The notes under the pieces were generated by a model. It saw nothing but the letters and a program-made list of their open reading frames with translations. It did not search any database and had not been told where the DNA came from. A stretch of DNA of 64,000 bases from an uncultured Acidobacteriota bacterium (GTDB lineage Bacteria; Acidobacteriota; Thermoanaerobaculia; UBA5066; DATFVB01). Below, in pieces: positions 28,807 through 39,570 of the stretch. Numbering within the stretch: position 1 is the stretch's first letter; the number at the start of each line of letters is the position of its first letter. Both the position numbers and the translations under genes were made by a program. The stretch covers positions 480,001 through 544,000 of the forward strand of contig CAWEYG010000003.1 in assembly GCA_963813155.1 (NCBI GenBank). The letters are read 5' to 3'.

Positions 28807-31800
28807 GTGATCAACCGGGTCGTTTCTTCGGCCCTGCGGCAGCCCTTCCTGGTAGTCCTCCTCGCGGTCATGCTCGTCGGAGCAGGCATCTGGTCCTTCT
28901 CGCGGCTTCCGGTCGACGCCTACCCCGACCTTTCGCCGCCGATGGTCGAGATCGTCACACAGTGGCCGGGCAAGGCCGCCGAAGAGGTCGAGCGGCTCAT
29001 CACGGTTCCGGTCGAGGTGGAGATGAACGGGATACCTCGGATGACGGCCATTCGCTCCATCTCGCTCTACGGCCTCTCCGACGTCCGGCTCACGTTCGAG
29101 GACCGCACCGACAGCTATTTTGCCCGCCAGCGGGTGTTCGAACGAATCCCGGATCTCGCGCTGCCGGACGGAGTGGCTCCTTCCGTCGCTCCGCTCTTCT
29201 CCCCTTCCGGACTCATCTATCGGTACGTGCTCGACAGTCCGGACCGCTCTCCGATGGAGCTCAAGACGATCGAAGACTGGATCGTCGAACGCCAATTCAA
29301 ATCGGTACCCGGCGTGGCGGACGATTCCGGGTTCGGTGGCCAGACGATGCAGTACCAGGTGGTACTGGACCCAGCGAAAATCGCCGGCGCCGGCCTCTCC
29401 GTTCCCGCGGTCGTCGCGGCCCTCGCCGCGAATAATGGGAACGCCGGAGGCGGGTTTTACTCGCAGGGCGGCCAGTTCTATTACGTCCGCGGCCTCGGCC
29501 GACTTCAGACACCGGACGACATCGGCGACGTCGTGCTCACGGTTCACAACGGCGTGCCCGTGCTCGTCAAGGACGTCGCGCGCGTGGAGATCGGCCACGC
29601 GCCAAGGCTCGGCGAGTTCGGCTACGAGAAACGTGACGACGCCGTCGAAGGCGTGATGCTGATGCGCAAGGGGGAACAGGCGCAGGTCGTCTTGCGATCC
29701 ATTGAAGAGAAAACCAAAGAACTCAACCGCTCGATTCTTCCGAAAGACGTGAAAATCCATCCCTACTACGACAGAAGCGACCTGATCGCGCTCACGACGC
29801 GAACGGTCGAGGACAACCTGCTTCGGGGAATGGTTCTCGTCGTGATCATCCTGATCTTTTTTCTGTACGACATCCGCACGGGGATGGTCGTCGCGATCAC
29901 CATCCCGCTCGCGCTGCTTTTTTGCTTTCATCTGCCTCGACTTGCAGCACGTCCCCGCGAACCTCCTCTCGATCGGGGCGATCGACTTTGGAATCCTCGT
30001 CGATGGAGCGGTCGTGATGGTGGAGAACATCTACCGGCAGGTCGCACTTCGCGGGAACGCTCCATTTCGAATCCGTGAAGTGATCGCGGACGCGGCGGCG
30101 GAAGTGGACCGCCCCATCTTCTACGCCGTCGCGGTGATCGTCGCCGGCTTCCTTCCGATCTACGTGTTGTCCGGACCATCGGGGTTGCTCTTCAAGCCGA
30201 TGGCAGACACGATGATTTTCGCTTTGCTCGGCGCCCTGGTGCTGACCCTCACGCTGATTCCCGTTCTCTGCTCCTGGGCGCTTCGCAAAGGCGTTCGCGA
30301 GCGCCAGAATCGCCCGTTCGAATGGGTCAAAGGCATGTATGCCCGGGGACTCGACGGGTGTCTCGCCCATCCCTGGGCGACGACGGGGTTATCGGCCGCG
30401 ATCCTCGGGAGTCTCCCTTCTGTCTGATTCCCGCGATCGGAGCCGAGTTCATGCCCCACCTCGACGAAGGGGCGATCTGGGTCCGCGCGACCATGCCCTA
30501 CACGATCTCCTTCGAAGAGGCGGCCAAGGTCTCGCCTCAGGTCCGCGACATCCTTCGCTCGTTCCCTCAGGTCACCGTGGTCGCATCCGAGCTCGGCCGG
30601 CCGGACGACGGCACCGATCCGACCGGGTTTCTTCAACGACGAGTTCTACGTCGGCTTGAAGCCTTATCGTGAATGGACGGGGCCCTACCGGACGAAACAG
30701 CAGTTGATCGCGGCAATCGACAAGAAGCTGAAGGTTTTCCCGGGAATCATCTTCAACTATACGCAACCCGCCGAGGACGCCGTCGACGAGGCGGAGACCG
30801 GACTGAAGAGCGCGCTCGCAGTGAAGGTCTTCGGCCCCGATCTCTCCACTCTGGAATCGAAAGGGAAAGAGATCAAACGGGTGTTGGAGGGCGTCCACGG
30901 TATCGGCGGGCTCAGCCTCGTGCAGGAGCTCGGCCAGCCCAGCCTGACCGTGACGATCGATCGCGGCCAAATCGCCCGCTACGGCGTGAACGTCGCCGAC
31001 GTCAACGGCCTGATCGAGGCCGCAGTCGGCGGAACGGTGGCCACGCAGGTCGTTCAGGGGGAAGAGCTGTTCGACCTGGTGGTCCGCCTCGAGCCGAGGT
31101 TCCGGGAGAGCGCCGACGAGATCGGAAACATCCTGGTCGCGACACCGGGCGGTGCGCAGATCCCGCTCAAAGAGCTCGCGGACATCCGGATCGTCAACGG
31201 CGCCTCGTTCATCTATCGCGAGGACAACTCGCGCTACATCGGAGTCCAGTATTCCGTCGCCGGCCGGGACCTCGCCGGAGCGGTCGAGGATGCTCAACGA
31301 CAGATCGCGGCGAAGGTCAGGCTGCCCGAAGGCTACCGGATCGTCTGGGGGGGTGAATACAAGGAATACACCTCGTCGCGACGACAACTCAGGTTCGTCC
31401 TCCCGCTGACGCTGTTCCTCATCTTTCTGCTCCTTTTCGCCCTGTACAGCAACTTCAAGTTCCCCGTGATCACGGTGTCGCGGTCATCCTGTCCTCGCCG
31501 GTCGGCGGGCTCGTCGGCCCTATGGATCACCGGAACGCCGTTCTCCGTCTCCTCCGGAATCGGGTTTCTCGCGCTCTTCGGGGTCTCGGTGCAGACCGCC
31601 GTCATCTACATCTCGTATGCGAACGAGCTGCGGCGCGATTCCGGGCTGGGTATTCGCGAAGCAACGAGGGAGGCGGCGCTCCTCCGGCTGCGGCCGATCA
31701 TGATGACGGCCCTCGTGGCGGCCTTCGGATTGCTTCCGGCCGCTCTTTCAACAGGCATCGGCTCCGACTCCCAGCGACCGTTTGCCCTCGTCATTGTCGG

Positions 31801-31891
31801 CGGTCTCTTTTCCCGGCTTCTGATCAGCGTCTTCCTGATGCCCGCCCTCTATTCGATCGTCGCCCGGCCGGGAGACCGGCTCGAGGTCTGA
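28807..31891 (+). CDS. CusA/CzcA family heavy-metal efflux RND transporter (at least 4 frameshifts; start may be 28755)
   Basis: 'LPVDAYPDLS', 'ANLLSIGAIDFGILVDGAVVMVEN', 'EFMPHLDEG', 'RLRPIMMTALVA..GLLPAA...GIGSDSQRP.A'. Confidence 0.9.
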
Positions 31892-31900
31892 GCGCGCCCG

Positions 31901-32272
31901 TCAGGCGGACGGATCCGGCGCGCCGTCTCTCCGGGTCGCGTGCATCTGGCGAAGGCGCGTCCGCAGGGTGAGGACCTGCACCTGCAGCAGGCGGCCCCTT
32001 TCCCCGGAAGCGCGCTTCTGGGACTCCTTCGCCCGCGCGAGTCTTCCCGCGATGCGTGAAAAGGCGCGCCTCTCGCGCGATCCCGAAAGCCACGACCGTC
32101 GAAAGCGCTTCCACCCTCGCAGCGCCTCGAAATCTCCGCTCGAAAGGATGCCGAGCGCGACCTCCGACTGCAGCTCCGAGGCGATCCGACGGCGCCAGCG
32201 GAGCTCGCGAAGGCCCATCAGCGCGACGACGGCCGCGATCCCGGCCCCGATCCCGAGGTACACGCCGTTCAC
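31901..32272 (-). CDS. Hypothetical membrane-anchored protein
   Basis: GTGA overlap with the ribF stop; N-terminal TM followed by a basic helical domain. Confidence 0.65.
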   Translation of the reverse strand: MNGVYLGIGAGIAAVVALMGLRELRWRRRIASELQSEVALGILSSGDFEALRGWKRFRRSWLSGSRERRAFSRIAGRLARAKESQKRASGERGRLLQVQVLTLRTRLRQMHATRRDGAPDPSA

Positions 32273-33210
32273 GGCGCGGCCTTCGCGAAATACGCGCGTG
32301 TCGCGTCGATGTCCCTTCGGATCTGGGCCGTCAGCTCCAGCATGGACGCGAATCGCCGCTCCTCGCGAACGCGGTCGTGAAAGAAGAGCCGGATCCTTTC
32401 CCCGTAGACGTCCGAGGAGAAGTCCAGAACGTAGGACTCGATCGTCGTCTCGTAATCCTCGTAGACCGTTGGACGGCGGCCGATGTTCGTGACGCAATCG
32501 AACTCTCTGCCGAACGACTTGAAGAACACACGCGAAAAGTAGACGCCGTCCGCCGGGTAGAGCTCGTTTTCCGGCTTGAGGTTGATCGTCGGAAAACCGA
32601 TCTTGCGCCCCATCCGGTCCCCGCGGGCGATCAGCCCGTCGAGCACGTGGGGCCTGCCGAGCATCGAGTTCGCGTCGGCGATGTCTCCCTCCAGAATCGC
32701 CTCGCGGATGCGGGTCGACGAAACCGGCGCGTCCGCGCGCAGGACCTCCGGCACCCCCTCGGCCGCAAACCCCAGCGAGGGCCCCATCGTCTGCAGGAGC
32801 TCCAGGTTTCCGCGCTTCCCCCGCCCGAACGCGAAGTGGGCCCCGAGGAGGATCTCCGACGTGCCGAGGCGTCCCGCCAGGAACTCCTTCACGAATATCT
32901 CCGGCTCCGTCAGCGAGAAATCGCGCGTGAACGGAATCACGAGAAGAGCGTCGATGCCGAGGGACTCGAGGGATTCCTCCTTTTGTGCGAGCGTCTGGAT
33001 CATCTTCGGCGCGAGCTCCGGATGAAGCACTTTCAACGGATGCGGCTCGAACGTGATCGCGACGGCGGGCCGTCCCTGCTCCCGGGCGCGGTGAACGACG
33101 CTGGCAACGATTTTCTGATGGCCGAGATGCACGCCGTCGAAATTTCCGATCGTCGTGACGGCGCCGCGGGGTAGATCGGTCGAGTCGAGCGCGTCGCGGA
33201 AGACCTGCAT
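32269..33210 (-). CDS. ribF: Bifunctional riboflavin kinase/FAD synthetase
   Basis: GNFDGVHLGH, VSSTRIR, GFPTIN, NIGRRPT. Confidence 0.96.
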   Translation of the reverse strand: MQVFRDALDSTDLPRGAVTTIGNFDGVHLGHQKIVASVVHRAREQGRPAVAITFEPHPLKVLHPELAPKMIQTLAQKEESLESLGIDALLVIPFTRDFSLTEPEIFVKEFLAGRLGTSEILLGAHFAFGRGKRGNLELLQTMGPSLGFAAEGVPEVLRADAPVSSTRIREAILEGDIADANSMLGRPHVLDGLIARGDRMGRKIGFPTINLKPENELYPADGVYFSRVFFKSFGREFDCVTNIGRRPTVYEDYETTIESYVLDFSSDVYGERIRLFFHDRVREERRFASMLELTAQIRRDIDATRAYFAKAAP

Positions 33211-33228
33211 CAGGAGGTTAGCGAGAAC

Positions 33229-34608
33229 TCATTCTGCCGCAGGGAATTCGCCGGCGCGCCCCACCACTTTCGCGACCAGATCGTACGTGTGCGCTTCGGT
33301 GACTCTGGCCATCACGAAGTCCCCCGGGCGAACCGGGAAATCCGCCAGCTCGTTGATCAGAACCCGGCCGTCGATTTCCGGCGCCATTGCGCTCGTGCGC
33401 CCCTCGAGAAGATGCTCGGTCTCCCGGCATTCTCCCTCCACGAGCACTTCGATCGTTTTCCCCTTCATTGCCCGGGATTTCTTCCGCGCGATCGGCTGCT
33501 GGAGCGACAGGAGAAAATCCCGGCGTTCCTCCTTCACTTCGGCGGCCACCGGGTCGCCGAGCGGCTCGGCGCCCGACGACGGCTCGGGTGAATACATGAA
33601 AGCGCCCAGGTTGTCGAATTCCGCTTCCCGGACGAACTCGCAGAGCTCCCGGAAATGCGCGTCGGTCTCGCCCGGAAACCCCACGATGAAGGTCGTGCGA
33701 ATCGCGATCCCCGGCACCCGGAGTCGCATCTTTTCGATCATCGCGAGGTAGCTCTTCGGATCGCCGCCGCGGCGCATCTTCGAGAGAATCTCGCGAGAGA
33801 CGTGCTGCAGCGGAATATCGACGTAGGGCACGAATCGCGGCTCCCTCGCCATCAACTCGAGAACCGAATCGTCGAGGGTTTTCGGATACGCGTACAGGAA
33901 GCGAAGCCAGTGGATCGATGTCCGCTCGAGCAGCCCCGCGACGAGCTTCGCGAGGCCGTCGCGACCCATCCCGAGGTCCTCGCCGTAACGCGTCGTGTCC
34001 TGGGCGATCAGGCAGAGCTCTCGAACGCCTTTCGACTCCAGCCATCTCGCCTCTTCGGCGAGCGAATCGATCGTCCGGCTCCTCTGGAGACCGCGCATCT
34101 GGGGAATGACGCAGAACGTGCACGGGTTGTTGCACCCCTCGGCGACCTTCAGGAACGAATATCCCCGGCCGTTCGTCAGGACGCGCGGCGAGAGCTCGTC
34201 GTAAACGCGTGTCGCGAGCGGCTTCGGCGAGAAGCGCGGCAGCGAGGGCAGGCCGCCCACCGCGGCAGGAGCGTTCTCCAGCTCGTCGAGACCCAGGAAC
34301 GAGTCGACTTCGGGGATCTCGGCCGCCAGCTCGGCCCCGTACTTCTGTACCATGCAGCCCGCGACGACGATCCGGTCGATCTCGCCGCGCTTTTTCCTCT
34401 CGACCTGCTCGAGAATCGCCCCGATCGACTCCTCTTTCGCCTTGTCGATGAAACCGCAGGTGTTCACGAGCACGACGCGCGCATCGCCGTCCGGCACGAT
34501 CCGGTGGCCCGCCCGGTCCAGGTGTCCAAGCATGATCTCCGTGTCGACGAGGTTCTTCGGGCAGCCGAGAGACACGACACCGACCGTGGGAAGAGCCGGC
34601 TTGCTCAG
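33229..34608 (-). CDS. rimO: Ribosomal protein S12 methylthiotransferase
   Basis: [32 protein letters not shown]; start codon uncertain (CTG or GTG). Confidence 0.95.
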   Translation of the reverse strand: MSKPALPTVGVVSLGCPKNLVDTEIMLGHLDRAGHRIVPDGDARVVLVNTCGFIDKAKEESIGAILEQVERKKRGEIDRIVVAGCMVQKYGAELAAEIPEVDSFLGLDELENAPAAVGGLPSLPRFSPKPLATRVYDELSPRVLTNGRGYSFLKVAEGCNNPCTFCVIPQMRGLQRSRTIDSLAEEARWLESKGVRELCLIAQDTTRYGEDLGMGRDGLAKLVAGLLERTSIHWLRFLYAYPKTLDDSVLELMAREPRFVPYVDIPLQHVSREILSKMRRGGDPKSYLAMIEKMRLRVPGIAIRTTFIVGFPGETDAHFRELCEFVREAEFDNLGAFMYSPEPSSGAEPLGDPVAAEVKEERRDFLLSLQQPIARKKSRAMKGKTIEVLVEGECRETEHLLEGRTSAMAPEIDGRVLINELADFPVRPGDFVMARVTEAHTYDLVAKVVGRAGEFPAAE

Positions 34609-35921
34609 GGGTAAATCCTGTTCAGGGTGCGCGGGTAAGGAATCGCCTCGCGCAGGTGATGGATGCCGCAAATCCACGCGACCGTGCGCTCGACTCCCAT
34701 CCCGAACCCCGAATGCGGAAACGTCCCGTATTTCCGAACGTCGAGGTACCACTGGTAGGCCTCGACCGGAAGGTTGTTCTCCTGGATACGGCGCAACAGC
34801 AGATCGTGGTCGTGGATGCGCTGCGACCCGCCGATGATCTCGCCGTACCCTTCCGGGGCGATCATGTCGAGGCCGAGAACCACCTCCGGATCGAGGGGAT
34901 CGGGCTGCATGTAGAACGACTTGATCGCCGCGGGGTACCGCGTGATCATCACGGGCCGGTCGAATTCCTTCGAAATCTCCGTCTCTTCGTCGCCGCCGAG
35001 GTCGTCGCCGAACTTGACGGGCAACCCGCGGGCCGCCAGTTTGTCGACCGCCTCGCGGTACGTGATCCGGGGAAACGGCGTTGTCGCCTTCTCGAGGCCC
35101 GAAGTGTCGCGTTCCAGGCGCTTCAGATCCTCCTTGCAGCGGTCCAGCGCCCGGGCCACGAGGTAGGAGACGAAGTCCTCCGCGAGCTTCTCGAGACCGG
35201 GAAGCTCCAGGAACGCAACCTCCGGCTCGACCATCCAGAACTCCGTGAGGTGGCGGCGCGTCTTCGACTTTTCGGCGCGAAAGGTCGGGCCGAAACAGTA
35301 AACCTTTCCAAAAGCGGCCGCAGCGGGCTCCAGGTAGAGCTGGCCGGACTGGGAGAGATAGGCCTTTTCGCCGAAATAGTCGGTCTCGAAAAGCGTCGAG
35401 GTCCCCTCGCACGCCGCGGGAGTCAGGATCGGCGAGTCGATCAGCGTGAACTCGCGCTCGTAGAAGAAGTCTCGGATCGCCTGGGAGACTTCCGAACGCA
35501 CCCGCAAAACCGCGTGCTGGCGCGAAGAGCGCATCCAGAGGTGGCGCTGCGAGAGGAGGAAGTCGATCCCGTGCTCTTTCGGCGTGATCGGGTACTCGGG
35601 AGAGTCTCCGAGGATCTGGAGGTCCGTCACCGTGAGCTCGTATCCGCCGGGCGCCCTCGCGTCCTCCCGCACCCGGCCGCGAACAACGAGAGAGGTTTCC
35701 TGGGCCGCCCGCTCGGCCTCCTCCCAGACGGAGGCCTGGACTTCGGTTTTCGCGACGACGCACTGACAATAGCCGGACCCGTCACGGACGATCAGGAACT
35801 GGATCTTGCCGGAAGACCGCCGGTTGTACAGCCAGCCCGCGAGCACGGCGTCGCCCCCCGATCGCGAACCCAGTTTCGAGATCGGCGTCGCATCGTCCGG
35901 AGAGATCCGCGGTTTCTCCAT
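34605..35921 (-). CDS. asnS: Asparagine--tRNA ligase
   Basis: [38 protein letters not shown]. Confidence 0.95.
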   Translation of the reverse strand: MEKPRISPDDATPISKLGSRSGGDAVLAGWLYNRRSSGKIQFLIVRDGSGYCQCVVAKTEVQASVWEEAERAAQETSLVVRGRVREDARAPGGYELTVTDLQILGDSPEYPITPKEHGIDFLLSQRHLWMRSSRQHAVLRVRSEVSQAIRDFFYEREFTLIDSPILTPAACEGTSTLFETDYFGEKAYLSQSGQLYLEPAAAAFGKVYCFGPTFRAEKSKTRRHLTEFWMVEPEVAFLELPGLEKLAEDFVSYLVARALDRCKEDLKRLERDTSGLEKATTPFPRITYREAVDKLAARGLPVKFGDDLGGDEETEISKEFDRPVMITRYPAAIKSFYMQPDPLDPEVVLGLDMIAPEGYGEIIGGSQRIHDHDLLLRRIQENNLPVEAYQWYLDVRKYGTFPHSGFGMGVERTVAWICGIHHLREAIPYPRTLNRIYP

Positions 35922-35931
35922 AAAGCCCCGC

Positions 35932-35939
35932 ATTATACT
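35932..35939. promoter_or_regulatory. Bidirectional promoter with overlapping -10 boxes
   Basis: ATTATACT gives TATAAT (minus) and TATACT (plus) within a 27-bp gap between divergent ATGs. Confidence 0.6.
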
Positions 35940-35948
35940 GTTTACCGC

Positions 35949-36515
35949 ATGGAGCTCACCTGGCAAAACCAGCTCCCTGAGAACGCCTACGAGGACTTCT
36001 TTTCCCGCCTCCGAAAAAAGGAGAATCACCGGCTCCTGGACCTCTCGGCCGGCTACGACCTGGTGACATTTTTCGCGGGCAAGGGGTTTTCTCCCTGCTC
36101 GCTCGACACCCGGAAGGAGGTCCTCGATGCCGCCAAGAACAATCGCCGCGTCGCGATCGAGCAGGCAGCGGCCTCGTTCGAGGGCATCCTCTGCCTGGGA
36201 ACCTACGACTACCTGCCGCGCGAGGCGGCCCCGAGCTTCACTGCCGAGATCGAGAGGATCCTCGTCCCCACCGGGATCGCGTTCGTCTCGTTCGCGCCCG
36301 TCTGGGCGACGCAATCCCTGCACAGCAGCCCTCTTCGGACGTTCTTCGACCGCCGGGCGACGGCATACCGATGGGACCACGGCCGGTTCGGCACGTTCGT
36401 CGTCTACCAGAACCGGGAGATCGAGCACCTCTTCCGAAAGTTCAAGATCGCCTCGCTCGTCACGCAGACGAACGGAGCCCGGCGTCTCATCGCGATGAAA
36501 AAGGGGCTCGGATGA
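35949..36515 (+). CDS. Class I SAM-dependent methyltransferase-like protein
   Basis: 'LLDLSAG', '[13 protein letters not shown]', '[10 protein letters not shown]'. Confidence 0.7.
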   Translation: MELTWQNQLPENAYEDFFSRLRKKENHRLLDLSAGYDLVTFFAGKGFSPCSLDTRKEVLDAAKNNRRVAIEQAAASFEGILCLGTYDYLPREAAPSFTAEIERILVPTGIAFVSFAPVWATQSLHSSPLRTFFDRRATAYRWDHGRFGTFVVYQNREIEHLFRKFKIASLVTQTNGARRLIAMKKGLG

Positions 36516-37225
36516 AATGGCTCTCCGCTCTCCGGCCCCGGCGCGCGCCCGCCCCCCCGGGGCAGCGATCGAACACGTACAAGATCATCTGGGATCACTA
36601 TGCGCGGCATGACGCGAAGGACTGGATCTTCACGAACGCGACCGACGAGTCTTTTGAATCGTCGGGTCGGGCGGACGCGGACCGAATCGGCCGTTTCGTC
36701 TCGAGCGATTCCGTCGTTCTGAACATCGGCTGCGGAATCGGCCGCGTCGAGAAGTACCTCGCGCCGAAAGTCCAGGAGCTGCACGCCGTCGACATCAGCG
36801 GGGAGATGATCGCGCTCGCGAGACAGCGTCTCGAAGGTCTGTCGAATGTCCGGCTCCGGGAAGTCGCTCTCGACGAATACCTTTCCTCGTATGCGGACGA
36901 GACTTTCGACCTCGTCTTTTCTCTTCTCGTCCTCCAGCACATGGAAAGAGAGCACGCGTACACATATCTCCAACATGCGCACCGCGTGCTGAAGCCGGGC
37001 GCCCTCCTGTTCGTGCAGTTCCCGAATTTCCTCTCGCCCGAATACACGGAAGCCTTCCTTGAGCCGGTCCGTCAGCGCCACCTGAGCGCGAGCCGCGTCC
37101 GTGCCTACACCGTCGACGAAGTGCGTCACCTGATGTCGATGCTCGGTTTCGAGGTCCGCGACCTCACGCTCGAAGCGGGTCGGGAGGGGAACGCGGAAAT
37201 CTACGTGACGGGAATTCGAGCTTGA
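36512..37225 (+). CDS. Class I SAM-dependent methyltransferase
   Basis: [30 protein letters not shown]. Confidence 0.92.
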   Translation: MKWLSALRPRRAPAPPGQRSNTYKIIWDHYARHDAKDWIFTNATDESFESSGRADADRIGRFVSSDSVVLNIGCGIGRVEKYLAPKVQELHAVDISGEMIALARQRLEGLSNVRLREVALDEYLSSYADETFDLVFSLLVLQHMEREHAYTYLQHAHRVLKPGALLFVQFPNFLSPEYTEAFLEPVRQRHLSASRVRAYTVDEVRHLMSMLGFEVRDLTLEAGREGNAEIYVTGIRA

Positions 37226-39570
37226 TCGGCCGCCGCCGGACCCTGACTGCGCCGGCGGCGGCAATCTTCTTCCTCGTCCTCACGGCGGCGATGACGTGGC
37301 CTCTCGCAACCGACCTCACGCATCTCCTTCCGGACAACGGAGATCCTTATCTCACGACATGGATCCTTCACTGGGACTGGATACAAATGTTTCGCGATCC
37401 GGTCCACCTCTTCGACGCCGGCATCTTTTTTCCCTGCCGATTGGCGCTGGCGTTCTCCGAGAACCTCGTCGGAGTCGCGGTTTTCGGGTTCCCCCTTTAC
37501 GCCTCCGGGGTCCATCCCGTGGCCGTCTACAACGTCGTGTTCCTCGGCGGGATGGCCCTGTCCGGGTTCGGTTGCTGGGCGCTGGCGCGCGAACTGATCG
37601 GCGAAGCGGGACCTGCCCTGGCCGCGGGCATCTTCTACGAGTTCGTTCCCTTTCGGTTCGACCAGGTCTCCCATCTCCAGATGCAATGGGGGGGGTTCTT
37701 GCCTCTCTTTCTCCTCTTTCTAATTCGGTATTTTCAGAGGGGACGGGTGAAGGACCTCGTTGCTTTCGCGCTGTTCTTTTCCTGGAACGCGCTCGCGTGC
37801 GTTCACTACGGGGTCTTCGGTGCAATGGCGCTCGCACTCTTCCTGATTTTCTCGCGCAGCATCGCCGACGCCCCGCCCGGCCCGCGCCGGTACATTGGAC
37901 TGGGCATCGCGCTGCTCGCCAGCGCCATCGTCATCGCTCCGTTCTATCTTCCGTATGCGGCCGCCGCGAAGATCTACCAGTTTCAGCGCTCGATCAACGA
38001 GATGAAGTTCTTCAGCGCCGAACCGAAGAACTTCCTGAGCGCCGGCTCGCACAACAAACTCTACGCGGCGATCACCGCTCGATTCCAGGGACCCGAGCGG
38101 CAGATGTTTCCGGGATTGATCGGCCCGATTCTGGCCTTGTTCGCCGGGATCGGGCTCGGAGGCCGAAAGGATGACCTGCCGCTCTCGGAACGACCCCGAT
38201 CCGGGGCGCGAGAGACCTTCTTGCGGGTGCTCGACTCGTCGTTGGCGGTTCTTCTCCTGCTCCGCGTGGTCCTCGCCGTCACCGGAGGAATCCGGATCGG
38301 CCGCCTGCTCCGAATTCACGAAACCCACCGGCTCTCGATGATGCTTTTTCTCCTTCTCCTCACCCGGTTAGCGCTCGCGTTCCCGCGCCGTTGGAAGTCC
38401 GCGAACCTCGCCGAGTTCCTTCGCCGACACGATGGTCCTCCCTGGCTCCCTTGGGCCGCGGGGATGACGGCCCTCGGCGTCGGGGTCGCGCTCGGCGTCC
38501 ACACTTTCTTCTATCGCGCGCTCCTTGACGCGTTTCCCTTCGTACTGAAATCCATTCGAGCACCGTCCCGGGGCATCGTGCTCTGTCACGTGGGGATCGC
38601 CGTGTTGGCCGCTCGGGGACTCGCCCTCGGGATGTCGCGCCTGGGCAAGTTCGCCCGGCCTGCGGCGACGGCCTGCATCCTCGCCCTGCTCTGCTTCGAG
38701 CTGAGGGCCGCACCGCTCGACTGGCGACGCTACGATACGTCGCCGACCGCGACCGATCGCTGGCTGGCAGGCCAGAAATTCGCGGGCGGGCTCCTCGAGC
38801 TTCCGATCTCCACGGAGAACGACACGGGATACCTGTTCCACACGATGTTCCACGGACACCCGATCCTCAACGGCTCAAGCGGCTTCTTTCCGAAGAGCTA
38901 CCTGGACCTGAAAGCGGCGTTCGATGCCCGGCCCATCGCGCCTGAAGCCTTCGATCGGGCGCGTTCGTCGCTCGCCCGAGTCGTCGTCTATCACGCCGGG
39001 CTCGCTACCGCCGAGGAGATCCCTCCCCTCGCGAGCTTCCTCCAGTCGGAAGTCCGTTCGGGACATCTGCGCGTCCTTGCGCAATTCGCAGGAAAGGAAG
39101 CGCGCGACCTGGCGTTTGAACTGACCGAACCCGTGGACGGCGCTCGCGGCGCCCCTCTGTCCGCGCAGCCCGACGCCCGGGAGCGATTCGAAAACTATCT
39201 CCGTGCCCCGGATGTCCCTGCGGTTCCGCCGTACGGCTGGTTCGACGGACCCGGGAACGGCGAGGTCTGCGCCGGCGGCGAAATCCGGGGCTCGGGCTGG
39301 GCGGCTGCCGAGGGCGGCATCGCAAGCGTCGACATTCTGCTCGACGATATTCCGGTCGGACGGGCGACCTACGGATTCCCGAGACCCGACGTGCTGGCCG
39401 CGAAACCGCGCGTTCCCTGCGCAGGCTCCTGCGGCTACCGATACCGCATCGCCCATGTTCCCCGCGGGCGTCACGTGCTGACGACGAGATTTCTCGGCCG
39501 AAACGGAAAATCGATCGACCTGCCTTCCGTCGAGATCTGGGTGCTTCGGTCCGACGCCGCGAATAAATGA
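37222..39570 (+). CDS. Multi-pass GT-C/YfhO-like membrane glycosyltransferase with C-terminal Ig-like domain
   Basis: 'GDP....W...W', 'L.FSE', 'HLQ', 'IRAPSR', 'LLELP', 'NG.SGFFP'. Confidence 0.7.
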   Translation: MIGRRRTLTAPAAAIFFLVLTAAMTWPLATDLTHLLPDNGDPYLTTWILHWDWIQMFRDPVHLFDAGIFFPCRLALAFSENLVGVAVFGFPLYASGVHPVAVYNVVFLGGMALSGFGCWALARELIGEAGPALAAGIFYEFVPFRFDQVSHLQMQWGGFLPLFLLFLIRYFQRGRVKDLVAFALFFSWNALACVHYGVFGAMALALFLIFSRSIADAPPGPRRYIGLGIALLASAIVIAPFYLPYAAAAKIYQFQRSINEMKFFSAEPKNFLSAGSHNKLYAAITARFQGPERQMFPGLIGPILALFAGIGLGGRKDDLPLSERPRSGARETFLRVLDSSLAVLLLLRVVLAVTGGIRIGRLLRIHETHRLSMMLFLLLLTRLALAFPRRWKSANLAEFLRRHDGPPWLPWAAGMTALGVGVALGVHTFFYRALLDAFPFVLKSIRAPSRGIVLCHVGIAVLAARGLALGMSRLGKFARPAATACILALLCFELRAAPLDWRRYDTSPTATDRWLAGQKFAGGLLELPISTENDTGYLFHTMFHGHPILNGSSGFFPKSYLDLKAAFDARPIAPEAFDRARSSLARVVVYHAGLATAEEIPPLASFLQSEVRSGHLRVLAQFAGKEARDLAFELTEPVDGARGAPLSAQPDARERFENYLRAPDVPAVPPYGWFDGPGNGEVCAGGEIRGSGWAAAEGGIASVDILLDDIPVGRATYGFPRPDVLAAKPRVPCAGSCGYRYRIAHVPRGRHVLTTRFLGRNGKSIDLPSVEIWVLRSDAANK

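Noticed and set aside
26322-31891. Programmed frameshifting or phase variation in the RND operon
   Set aside because: Indels are numerous, scattered over many unrelated genes and not at long simple repeats; assembly error is more parsimonious.
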